From Octopus vulgaris (taxonomy: Eukaryota), in the NCBI GenBank assembly GCA_951406725.2, contig OX597817.1, positions 90,706,001-90,770,000 of the forward strand: DNA of 64,000 nt. Reading direction: 5' to 3'. The translations under genes and the position numbers were made by a program. Shown here one piece after another: positions 52,855 to 64,000 of this stretch (position 1 is its first letter; the number at the start of each line of letters is the position of its first letter). The notes below the pieces were generated by a model, which worked only from the letters and a program-made list of their open reading frames with translations, made no database searches and had not been told where the DNA came from.

Positions 52855-53066
52855 CCCTTTAGTATTTAAACTGGCCATATCTGGCCCACATATTCTACAT
52901 GTTTTATGTTCAAACTGGCCAGATGTGAACTCTATCACCAATCCTACAATACCATTCTAAAATTTACCTCATCAAAATCTCAAAGCTACAAGATAGAGCT
53001 GATTAAATAAAAACAATGAGAACAAATAAGCCTTACATTTGACAGAATAATGTGAATGCTAAAGGA
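52855..53066. mobile_element. piggyBac-like (TTAA) MITE
   Basis: TTAA|CCCTTTAGTATT ... AATGCTAAAGGA|TTAC: TIRs with a near-perfect TTAA target duplication. Confidence 0.65.
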
Positions 53067-53834
53067 TTACACAGACAGTAATAGAAGAAAAATTTGCCCA
53101 AGATTTTACATAAAATATAGAACCTTTTGACAGAAGCAAACTCCTTTCTTATTTAACCTTGCCAACACTCATACTAAAATCGACATACATAATCACATAT
53201 TCACTAAATTTACATTCTCATCACTACCTTCACACACACACACAAACACACACACACACACACACACACATACACACACACACACACACACATATGTATC
53301 CTACACAGTGTTTTCGAAGATTTTGTGACATGTAGTCAAATAATTCTTATTGATTGAAAATTATTGTAAACCCTCAAAAAGAAACAAAATCAAGTATATT
53401 TATGCTCATTGGAGAACATAAATAAATAATATTGCTAAATACTAGGAAAAATAAAAATATATGAGACAGCCATTACATACATATGTACATACATAAATGC
53501 ATAGGTATGTATGTATTGGTAAACTATTTTTGTGCGAGTATATACATTTGTGTGTGTGTGTGTGTTATGTTATACAAGATGTTTGGGTTAAATCTGACGA
53601 TATCTTATATCACCTTTTTTGAGGAACAGCATGATGTATTGGTGAACAAGTCAATGGGCTGAGAGAGCATAACAATTAAAATGGTAGTCGCAAATAAGTT
53701 AGCTGACATAGAGAACTGGAAGCCATCTGAATATTAAAAAAAAAAGTTGCTTGTATCATGATGATTCATATCAAGTGTTAAAATGCTGACATCATGACTG
53801 CTGTCCAATGCTCTATGAGCACTGTAAAGGCTGT

Positions 53835-54200
53835 AATAATAGCTGAGACACTATCAGAACTAGAGGAGAAGTTTCAGGCATGGAAGCAAGGTCTAGAATC
53901 AAAGGGCCTTAGAGTCAATCTGGCAAAAACCAAAGTCTTAATAAGTAGGAAGGCAGACAAATCACAAATCCCTTCAGGTAGATGGCCCTGGCTGATCTGT
54001 AGAAAAGGCGCAGGTAGAAACTCCATAAGATGTACCCAGTGTAAGCTATGGACACATAAGAGGTGCAGCAATATTAAAAGAAGGCTAACTGAGAAGATAG
54101 TTTTTGTGTGTAGAAAAGCCTTCTGGCTTGCCAACCCTCAGTCAAACCGTCCAACCCATGCCAGGATGGAAATCAGACGTTAAACGACAATGATGATCAT
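53835..54200 (+). mobile_element. RTE-type LINE fragment joined directly to the family C 3' tail
   Basis: IAETLSELEEKFQAWKQGLESKGLRVNLAKTKVL..WPWLICRKGAGRNSIRCTQCKLWTHKRCS..FVC, then gccttctggcttgcc..aacccatgccaggatggaa..gacgttaaacga. Confidence 0.85.
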
Positions 54201-55075
54201 GATATATATATATATATATTGTATATATATTTATATGTGCTATAGGTGAAGGTATGGCTGTCTGGTTAATGATTTTACTTCAGAACAATATGGCTTGGTG
54301 GGCCAGTCTTATTGTGTGGCACCATGGGCCAGAACATTCCAGTGTGAATCAGGATCAACCAAATAAATTTGGAAAAGCAAAAACCTCTATAAAGTGAATC
54401 GTGTATGTGTGTGTGTGTGTGTGTGTTTGAAAGTTTATATTCAGCAATATTGTGGAAAATCACTGAACTGCAGGCACTGACATTGCTGATATTTCTCTGT
54501 CAATAAATCATTCAGTAGTTCCACACTTTCAAAGATTTGAAGACCAGGAAAGTGTAAATGACAGGAAGGGTATATTCTTCAATGATATGTATTTGTCTAC
54601 AACATACTAGAGTGGAAAAGCAAATGAGCAAATGAATAAATATGTTATATGTACACATGTATAAACACACAACCATCATGAGTGAGTATAAGTGTGTGTG
54701 CACATATCATCATCATCATCATCATCTCCACCAATTAACATTTATTTTCAATTCTGGCATGGGTTGGATGATTTGACAGGATCCAGTGAGCTATAAAGCA
54801 GTACAGAGTTCCACTATCAGATTTGACATGGTTTCTATGGGTGGGTGCCCTTCCTTATATGGTGCTTTCTTGTGCCACTGGCCCTAGTGAGAATGCTGAG
54901 TGACTTGCAAGGCAAGAGAAGAAAGGAATAAGAAGGAGAAAAAAAATGGAGGAAAAAGAAATGACAGAAAAATCCTCCTTAACTATATGGGGAGGTGGTA
55001 AGTATTTGAGACGTGGAGGAGGCAATGGCTCTATGTCAAGTTTTGAGAGGCGAGAGTATGATGGAAGAACATGCC

Positions 55076-55520
55076 AGGAGTGGATGTATGGTAAGTAGAT
55101 TGCTTCCTAACCACATGGTTCCAGGTTCAGTTTCACTGCTTGGCACTTTGGGTAAGTGCCTTTTGCTATAGCCTTGGGCTGACCAAAGCCTTGTGAGTGG
55201 ATTTGGTAGACAGAAACTGAAAGAAGCCTGTCGTATATATATCTAAATATATATATATGTGTGTGTGTGTGTATGTGTGTGTGTGTGTGTGTGTGTATGT
55301 TTGTGTGTCTGTGTTTGTCCCCCCACCAACATCACTTGAGACAATCAATGTTGGTGTGTTTACATTCCTGTAGCTTAGCGGTTCGGCAAATGATACCAAT
55401 AAAATAAGTACTAGGCTTACAAAGAATAAGTCCTGGGGTTGATTTGTTCGAGTAAAGGTGGTGCTCCAGCATGGCTGCAGTCAAATGACTGAAACATGTC
55501 AAAGAAAAGAATAAAAGAAT
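55076..55520 (+). mobile_element. SINE family A copy (near complete)
   Basis: Head, body, internal (TG)n and tail all present. Confidence 0.9.
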
Positions 55521-55961
55521 TGAAAGTAAAGGGCTGGTAGTTGGGAAACTGGGAAGAAGACAGAACTGGTGGTGGGATGCTGACGCATCTCAAAATAGAG
55601 TGGATTTTGGTGAAAGGATAAAGGAGGAAAGATTGGGGTAGAGATATATAGAGTGAGTGTGCATGAGAGATATAGGAGTGGCTCATAGGGGGTTGGGGCA
55701 ATGGCAAGTGGGGTGTGGTGATAAATGTGAGAGGGCATTGAGGTAAGAATGGAGTAAGGTAGGGAAAGGCAATAGCTGAAGATAGAAAAGATGGTGATTG
55801 GCAGAAGTAGTGCCAGCAGAGATGATAATGAGAAATGGAAGTGGTTCCAAGGAAGGAGGGATGTAATATGTGCCTATTCTGCTCTCATGTGTGAATACAA
55901 TGGTTGAATATATCATAGACAGAGAAGTGAAGGGTGTTAGGAATGAGATATGGAGGAAATG

Positions 55962-55999
<38 letters not shown>

Positions 56000-56001
<2 letters not shown>

Positions 56002-56850
56002 TCTGCCATGATGGATAGTTTTTCTTGAGCATAGCAAATTACCAGAAGTCACAATCCTTTCTCATCTCCTCCTTGGTTCAGCATCTTCAAGTCAGCCTTC
56101 ACAAATTCATCGTGTTTTCCTGGGTCTCCCCCTTCTGCAAGTTCCATCCACTCAAAGTGATCAGCACTTCTCTATGCAGCTGTCCTTCTCATCCATATGC
56201 ATCATCAGACCAAAACAGCACAGTCTCCTTTCTTGCACATTACATCTGATTCCTCTTATGCCTAATTTTTCCCTCTATATATTCATCAGCACTTTGTTGA
56301 ATGAGCATTCTGACATTGCACATTTAATGAAGCATACAAGATTCATTCCTCTCTAGTCTTCACATGTCTTCTGCATTCAGGACCTACATCTTACTACCAT
56401 GTAGCATCACTGTGTGTACACAAGCATTAAAGAATCTGCCTTTTACTCAGAGAGAGGGAGAGAGAGAGAGAGAGACAGACAGAGAGAGACATTAAGTTGC
56501 CAACATAGTTAATAGTTCTTTGATTTTCCCCTACACTGCTAATTAAGTCACCTTAGTCGCAGAAATTATCCACTCCCTCCAGAGAACCTCCAGAGTATTT
56601 GAGAAAATTAATTTCCCTTGTATCATTAGTCTTTATGGTTCCTGTGCATCTTCCACATACAAACACTACTTTCTCTGTTAAGCTTTCTGTGATTTCACTG
56701 TACCTCTTATCTGTTCATAGCTTGCATTGGGTACACCCTATGGAATTCCTACCTACACCCTTCCTACATGTCAAGCAGGGCCATTTACCTGCAGTGGATA
56801 GGGTTCTGACTGTTTACTTGCTTACTACAACACTGGTTTTTGCTAACTGA
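56000..56850 (-). pseudogene. RTE-type LINE fragment with an internal (GA)n expansion
   Basis: Minus strand LAKTSVVVS..GKWPCLTCRKGVGRNSIGCTQCKL..; further on GRF.NACVHTVMLHGS and GRPRKT. Confidence 0.75.
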
Positions 56851-57789
56851 AAGAGAGAGAAAGAGAAAGAGAGAGAGAGAGAGGGAGAGAGAGAGAGAGA
56901 TGCATGCATGCAATGCATACATATGAAAGCAGAATAATTGCTTCTGGTGTTATAAATATTTCAAAGGATTATTCCAAGGAGATAGTCTTTCTGTAATTCT
57001 GTTTGGCATTAAATCCATTATCATTTCTACTATAAAATTCAATGTGCTAGGGTCTGCAACTGCTTGAGATAAGAATGAAACCCACAATTTCTTTGTGGAC
57101 GACCAGAAGATCTATGCTTAAAATGAAAGAATGCTAGAAAAAAAGAAAAAAACAGTTGGATTTAGTAACATTTTCAGCTAACATATAAATGAGATAAAGT
57201 CAAAAGAAGTGTTTGTATTTGATTGTTGAATATGGAAAATTAGCCCCAAAACTCTTTGCATCAATGGTCACTCTATCTCTCTTGCTGTACACAAAGAATG
57301 CTACAAAAACCTAGGAAATGGTGGTAGCATATACAATGGTAAAGATAGAGTGACCTAAGAATATTACACCAGACTTTAAAAAATATGGCAGTTAGAACTC
57401 TCCTCTCACAACAAGTCAAGATCCTACAATGTAATTACTGTACCAGTGCTGATTCCAACATTTGAGATACATGATGGGTCTGCAGAGGAAATACTCTCCT
57501 TAGACATTAAAACCTGCAAGATCATGAAATCAACTAGAAACTTTTACAGAAACAATGGTATTGATAGGCTCTACCTAAGAAGAGATAATCAAGGTAGAAG
57601 CTTGAGATCAGAGTAAACATCCTACAAATGTTGCATGGTATTGCTAAGATAGCACCTGCTAAACAACAGCAGCAGAACATATACATAGACCTATTACTGA
57701 AAAGCGAAGAGAACAATGTCTTACATGTCAACAGTGAGCACCTCAGGAAGCACTCTCTTCCTAACAACCTTCCATACAACTACAAAACA

Positions 57790-58770
57790 ACTAGACTAAC
57801 TGCACCACAGCTCTCCTACCATTTTCATGCACTTCCACCAACTGTATTCCACTCTCTCTCACCTACCACCCATCCATCCTCCCTCTAAAATACAAACTCA
57901 CCCACAACTTTTACATTCTTCTTTCTGACACAACAACCACCTCTATCTTTTCCACACTATCTCTCCTCTCTTTTATCAAAGATAGGAGGCTTAGAAATAT
58001 CCTTAGAAGCTTCACATCTCCTAGCTGTGCACAACCAGGAACCTTTAAATGTTCTCGCAGATGAAGTAACACATGCCCCTACAGCAACAATATTACCACC
58101 ATCACGGGCCCAAAAAGGAATATTGCATAACACATCACTTCTGTTGCACTTCAGCGAATCTCATATATTGCATCATATGCAAACTCTGCAGTGCTCTTTA
58201 CATTGGGGAAACAGGACAATGCCTTGGGAATTGCTTTTGCAAACACATCAGAAGCATAATGCTATGTATGTCAGGCCAATCTGTAGCCACCCACTTCAAC
58301 ACTGCAAATCGTTCTATTGCAGATTTATCAGTGTGTGGCATGTCCTTGCACTCTGGACCCTGCTTCTCTAGGAAATGAAAGGAGCATCGTCTCATATTTG
58401 ATCTTGGCACTATGTCTTCAACAGGTATGAATGTACATTTTTTCTTTCATCCTTTCACTTCCTCTTAATTTTTTTAACCCTTTTTAATCCTCCTTCTACC
58501 CTCTCTCTGCAACATTCCCATATTTACTTACCTCTACTCTCTTCATCACCCTTTTCCTCCTCCTTGCTGCACACCCTCTCCTATAACTTATGTTTCACAT
58601 TAGTAGCCCATGTTATTCTGCATCCATTATCAGTTGCAGCCACTTTTTTAAACTGAAAAGATGTAAACTTTGTTAGTCTTCTTCAACTTTTTTTCTCTAC
58701 CCCTGATGAAGGATTGCATCCAAAACGTTGGATGTTCCACTCCTCAGAGCAAGTTCACTACACCCCTTTC
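57790..58770 (+). mobile_element. Penelope-like element 3' region (GIY-YIG endonuclease + pLTR-like end), pseudogenised
   Basis: CCTSANLIYCIICKLCSALYIGETGQCLGNCFCKHIRSI..SVATHFN..DLSVCG..KEHRLIFDLGTMSSTGMN, a pyrimidine-rich spacer, then CTGATGA..AAAAC. Confidence 0.85.
58695..58745 (+). ncRNA. Hammerhead ribozyme-like motif (probably inactivated)
   Basis: CTGATGA (58703-58709), A, stem II GGAT-TGC-ATCC, AAAAC in place of GAAAC (a CpG-type change); the position is typical of Penelope pLTRs. Confidence 0.6.
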
Positions 58771-58904
58771 ACTTTTTTCTATATTTTTTCAAGTCTTGCT
58801 GACACAGAGCAACACAAGATACCTTGTAGTTTGCCTGATTATGCCTTAAAGAAGACCTAGATATGAAATGCTCAGCATACCAAATAAAAACTATGCATGG
58901 ATAT

Positions 58905-59145
58905 GGTTTCCAAACACTTGGGTTTGTGAGTAAATGCCTAGGTGACAATCTGGAAAAGCTGGGGTTTTTAAAAAAAGAAATTAACCAGCAAACATGCACA
59001 TTACAAATACAACCTGTAAGTGGAACAGTAAAAATATGCAAGTCTTTTCTCGAACTGAAAATGTGACATTATTTTTGTTATCTACATTCCTGGTTTATTC
59101 CTCAGAGGAAGAATTTAAATAATTAAAAACAGAAGAGAATTCACA
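58905..59145 (+). pseudogene. Extreme 3' end of an RLE-type LINE, GTVKICK[TS]F subfamily
   Basis: LGFVSKCLGDNLEKLGF..LQIQPVSGTVKICKSF aligns with QGYVTCCLSTSLEKFGF..LQIQAITGTVKICKTF at 25860-26006. Confidence 0.8.
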
Positions 59146-60089
59146 CACATATATACAGGTATCAGCATGGATGTATGTTTGAATCATATAGTGTAAGTTA
59201 AAGACAGTTAACTGAGGTAGTAATTGATGATGCAGAGGGTTCTATGTTACTGTAAGGTTATAAGATGTTATTAATTTGAGATAGAGGATATTAAGTGTGC
59301 AAGGAACACCCAATAAAAGTTCGATAATGAATTTTAAGTTATGATAAAGAAACAATATAAAATAACAAAGGAAATTAATTATAAAAAAATATCTTGTAAA
59401 GATAATAAAAATTTGTGTGAAGAATCATACAAAATCATATAAAACAAGATGAATCATATAAAATAAGCTAATAATAGTTGACCAAAGTAGTAATTGATAA
59501 AGTAGAAGGTTTTATATTACTATTGGGTTATAAGATGTTATTAATTTAGGAAGAAAGAATATAATATTAATGTGTGTGTATTAGAAGAATTGATGTAGGA
59601 AGTGTGGAAGTAAAATACATTGTAGACCAAAATTGGTGTTTTAGAAATAGTCTTTTACAGCTTTCTGTCATTAAACAGCAGCAATACTAGGACAACCATC
59701 TTGGAAAGTCTGTTCTATAAAATTGTTCCGAGTATTTATTTTTAAGTCTGCTACTTATTCTGCTGGTTACTTTTTGCTGAACTGCTAAGTTACAAGTATA
59801 TAAACAAACCAATACTGGTTGTGAAAGAGGTGAGAAACATGCATAGACAGAAAGACATGTGCACACACGTGTTCTTCAATTTTTTTCCATGTTTCAGTCA
59901 TTGGATTTCACCCAAACTGAGCAGCTGCATGGGTTTATATTTATTTTCAGTCTGCTACTTGTTCTATCAGTTATTTTCCTGCCAAATTGCTAAGTTATGG
60001 GATGGAAAGGAATAAACATTGACTGTTATATGGTGAGAGAGACAAAATTGCAAGATATATACACACACATCTGTCTGTCTCTGTGACTG

Positions 60090-60140
<51 letters not shown>

Positions 60141-61170
60141 TGTTAGGAAGGGCATCCAGCTGTAGAAACTTTGCCAGATCAGATTGGCGCCTGGTGCAGC
60201 CTTCTGGCTCACCAGTCCTCAGTCAAACTGTCCAACCCATACCAGCATGGAAAGCAGACGTTAAACGATGATGATGATGATGATGATGTTTGCCTGACTC
60301 AAGATCACCTCTTCCAGTTCTCCTTCCTCTATAGCAAGACACCTGTTACTGCCTCTCTGTCACACTCTAACCTTTCTTCATCTGACACAACTCTCAAAAT
60401 TCCTTGTCTTGCAAGTTATTTGGTGACTCTGATGGTGCTGGTGCCACATAAAAAGCACCCAGTCCACATTGTAAAGTGGTTGGCATCTGGAATGGCATCC
60501 AGCTGTAAAAGCCATGCCAAAACTGACCTCGCCTGTGCTGGTGCCACATAAAAAGCACTCAGTCCACTCTATGGAGTGGTTAGTGTTAGAAAGGGCATCT
60601 AGCTGTAAAATCCCTGCCAAAACAGACACAGTAACATAGGATAGTCTTCTACCTGGCGGCTCCTGTCGACCATCCAACCCATGCCTGCATGGACGGCAGA
60701 CATTAAATGGTAATGACATTCTGGTATGGGTTGGATGGTTCAGCCGGAACTAGTGAAGCCAGGGTTTGCACCAGGCTCCATTGTCTGTTGTGGCATAGTT
60801 TCTACAGCTGGATGCCCTTCCTAATGCCAACCACTCCACAGAGTGTACTGGGTGCATTTCATATGGCACCAGCATCAGTACCTTTAACATGGTATTAGCA
60901 CAAGTACTTTTTAAGTGGCACCAGTATCAGAATCAATTCTGCTATGACGGATGGATCTTCTAGAGTACCACAAGACACCAGATATCTCGGTTCTTTGTCA
61001 TTTCCTTCATAAGGTTCAGTGTCTAGAGATCAGCATTCAATACTTCATCCCACATCTTCCATTGACATTCAGTGATTGGCACTTCAGAATGCAACTGTCT
61101 ACATCCATACGCATCACATGGCCAAACAGTGCAGTCTTCTCTCTTGCACACTGCACCTAATTCTTCTTAT
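60141..61170. mobile_element. Cluster of family C copies: 60141-60288(+), 60400-60715(+, ~101-bp internal duplication), 60721-61170(-)
   Basis: Conserved family C motifs in both orientations. Confidence 0.8.
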
Positions 61171-61293
61171 ATATATATATATATTTCTTTTATTCTTTTA
61201 TTTGGTTCAGTCATATGACTGCAGCTCTGCTGGTGCAGGTGTGGCTGTGTAGTAAGAAGTTTGCTTCCCAACGAAATGGTTCCGGGTTCAGTC

Positions 61294-61324
<31 letters not shown>

Positions 61325-61878
61325 CGAGCAAAACGCTCCTCCACTATCCAACAGACGGTGCTGAGTTGTCAAACATTTAAACCAAATTTTCTCAAAGCAA
61401 CTTGTCCAGCCTTCCCATAGGCCTCCCTTTTGAGAAACACTGATTTAACCTAAATTTGAGACACCAGCAAAAGAAAAAATAAAGATAGACTTTTTTCTAT
61501 TCCAAAGAAAAACGATTTTATTCACACAAATATGCAACCGAAGAGTTTAAAGTACCAGTAATGATAAGGCTGTTGATTGGAAGAACACAGACATGGTTTA
61601 AACAGTAAGCTGCAGAAAAGAAACATACCTTTAAGCAGTACAAAAACAACAAAGAATGGAAGGTGCAGATATCTACAGGTTGACAGAAGAAAAGCAAGAC
61701 AAAAATGGCTTTATTGATTGCATTCTCACCTGGAATCGATTTTTGTAATTTTTTCAAGACTTATACATGCCCTGATACTGTCGGTATCTACATATCATAT
61801 TTGAGCGCAATCGGATGGAGGATGCCCGAGATCCTAGAAGTCACACACAGGCAGACAGAACAGATTTTATATAATAGA
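61325..61878 (-). mobile_element. Non-autonomous Helitron-like element
   Basis: 5' A|TCTATTATATAAAATC at 61878, similar to the 43745 terminus; possible 3' end CTCG|T at 61325 (non-canonical); flanked by TA runs. Confidence 0.5.
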
Positions 61879-61957
61879 TATATATATATAGGCAAATCCA
61901 CAAACAAAAATACAGGAAAGGACAACAAAATCCTGTTGAACATACACAGGGAATATA

Positions 61958-62378
61958 TTAGTTAGTTAGTTAGTTAGTTAGTTAATTTGGCTCAAAAGCA
62001 AATAGCAAGGCCATGTAGGGGGACATGGTGTTCATGTAAAGAGTTCAGGCCACTTGAGGTCAAGGGAGGCTTTGAACAAAGCGGTCGTCGGCATCTTCAC
62101 CATCTCGTCTGGCAGCTTGTTCCACGGATCCGCAACCCGGACGGAGAAAGCTCCTCTCCTTCGATTGAGATGAAATCGTCGCAGGTAGAGCTTTTGGAAT
62201 GACTCCGCAGCCGACGCTCTGGAGCAGGAGTGAACAACAGCTCTTTCGAGAGGTTACACTTTCCGCTTATGATGTTGTGGGCGAGAATGAGATCACCACG
62301 GCGGCGGCGTTTTTCAAGAGAATAAAGGTCGAGCGTCCTCAGCCTTTCTTCGTAGGACTAAATGCCCAACGAAAATTT
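61958..62378 (-). mobile_element. Young 5'-truncated CR1-clade LINE 3' end with a (CTAA)n tail
   Basis: SYEERLRTLDLYSLEKRRRRGDLILAHNIISG..RLR./HSK.LYLRRFHLNRRRGAFSVRVADPWNKLPDEMV..FKASLD; CpG-rich. Confidence 0.9.
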
Positions 62379-63292
62379 TAGCAGGAAAAATAGGAGGAGA
62401 AATGATGTTTCAAGCCTGGATCTTTACTGAATAGAGGAAAAAGTCCAGAGATGAAATAAAGGAGGAAAGAGCAGACAGTTTGGGGAAAAGCACATGTATT
62501 GTTACATTGCCAAAAAATAACTGACCTGAAGTTGGAAAGAAATAAGGAATGTGGCTTTTGAAGGCAGAAGAAACAGTTGGTGTTTGCATGCTCACGCGTG
62601 TGTATATGTGTTTATATGTGAATGCAATTGTCTGTGTATATGTTCAGGTTGCAAGTAGCATGCTTGTATATTAGGGAATGGTATGTGAGATGGTAGTGTA
62701 TGTGTGTGTGTATATTTATGTGAGTGTGTTTTGAGGGTAGAACTAACAATTAGTAACAGTAGGATGTTGTAGTAGTGGGATGTATGGTCAAGAGGCTGGG
62801 TGATGCGTGTGTGTGTCACTGTATGTACATGTGTTTGTGCGTCAGTATGAGTATGTATGCGTGTGTACAGGAGTGTGTATACAAGTGTGCGCATGAGTGT
62901 GTGTGTATGTGTGTGCATGTGAGTGTATGGTAATGTGTGTCAGTGTATGAGATTTCTGTAGGTGGTTATGATTATGTGCGTGTGTGTGTATGCAGTAGAT
63001 ATGTATATTGTGTGTAGTGGGGGGGGGTTAAATTAAGTAAGTGAATGGAAGATAAGTGGAAAGAAAACAGGAGGAGTAAAGCAAAGGAAAGGAGAATGAA
63101 ATTGGTGAGAGAGATGGAATTTGGAAGCTGTTACAAGAAAGAGAGAAGGTGCTAAGACCAAGCAGTGTATGAATTCATAAAGAGATGTACCATTGTTTCT
63201 TGCAAAGTCTTGTGGTGTTAGGTCCATGGTGTAAGGCCACACCTGCACTCTCAAGCCCTTCAATCATTCAATTGTTTCTGCTAAGAAAGTGC

Positions 63293-63648
63293 AAATGTGA
63301 CTGTGTGGTTAGAAGTTTGCTTCCCAACCACATGGTTCTAGATTCAGTCCCATTGCATGGCACCCTGGGCAAGTGTCTTCTGGATTTGGTAGACAGAAGC
63401 TGAACGAAGCTCATTGTATATGTACATATGTATGTGTGCATGTGTATTTGTGTGTCTCCCACCACTGCTTGACAACTGGTGTTGGTGTGTTTACATCCCT
63501 GAAAATTAGCAGTTTGTCAAAAGAGACTGATAGAATAAGTAACAGGCTTTTAAAAAATAAGTCAATCTATTTGATTAAAACTCTTCAAGGCAGTGCCCTA
63601 GCATTGGTTGCAGTCTAATGGCTGAAACAAGTAAAACAATAAAAGAAT
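63293..63648 (+). mobile_element. SINE family A copy
   Basis: Conserved family A motifs. Confidence 0.85.
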
Positions 63649-63732
63649 ATAATCATGTCTTAAGTTTTATTTTTCCTGTTTGCATCACCAAACTTCACTG
63701 TGCATGTGTGTATATATATATATATATATCTT

Positions 63733-64000
63733 ACTGGCACTTGTGCCGGTGCAACGTGAACAAAACATTTGAGTCAGGTCGTTGCCAGTGCCGCTGGACT
63801 GACTCCTGTGCAGGTGACACATAAAAAACACCATTTTCGAGCCTGGCCGTTGCCAGTACTGCCAGACTGGCCCTCGTGCCGGTGGCACATAAAAGCACCC
63901 ACTACACTCTCAGAGTGGTTGGTGTTAGGAAGGGCATAAAGCTGCAGGAACTCTCTCAGATCAGATTGGAGCCTGGTGCAACCATCTGGTTTGCCAGTCC
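63733..64000 (+). mobile_element. SINE/LINE-tail family C copy (runs off the window end)
   Basis: Duplicated gttgccagt.c.gc..gactg units, then ggcacataaaagcacccactacactctcagagtggttgg. Confidence 0.85.

Noticed and set aside
61958-61985. (TTAG)n as a telomeric repeat
   Set aside because: Not TTAGGG or TTAGG; it is the tail of the adjacent CR1 element.

Overview
AT-rich, microsatellite-dense eukaryotic DNA with no recognisable host protein-coding exon, rRNA, tRNA gene or CRISPR array. The repeat landscape (three very abundant SINE-like families; (TA)n, (CA)n, (AAT)n, (GATA)n and (ACAT)n tracts) is consistent with an intron or intergenic region of a cephalopod (Octopus-like) genome; the taxon is an inference. 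All protein-like ORFs are decayed transposon fragments: R4/Dong-type RLE LINEs, RTE and CR1 LINEs, a Penelope-like GIY-YIG remnant, three Tc1/mariner-superfamily elements with TIRs, a Helitron with both termini and 23-aa STPR-like repeats, Helentron-associated elements and MITEs. Most notable: (1) a near-perfect ~590-bp inverted duplication of flanking DNA inserted into a mariner transposase, with microhomology junctions and a G-quadruplex motif next to one breakpoint; (2) hammerhead-ribozyme-like motifs, expected at the Penelope end but also suggested, degenerately, in the 3' UTRs of two related RLE-type LINE fragments; (3) a ~2-kb TIR-less, hairpin-ended insertion that splits a LINE precisely; (4) several long palindromic elements. 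Coordinates were read by eye and may be off by a few bases, more for degraded repeats.
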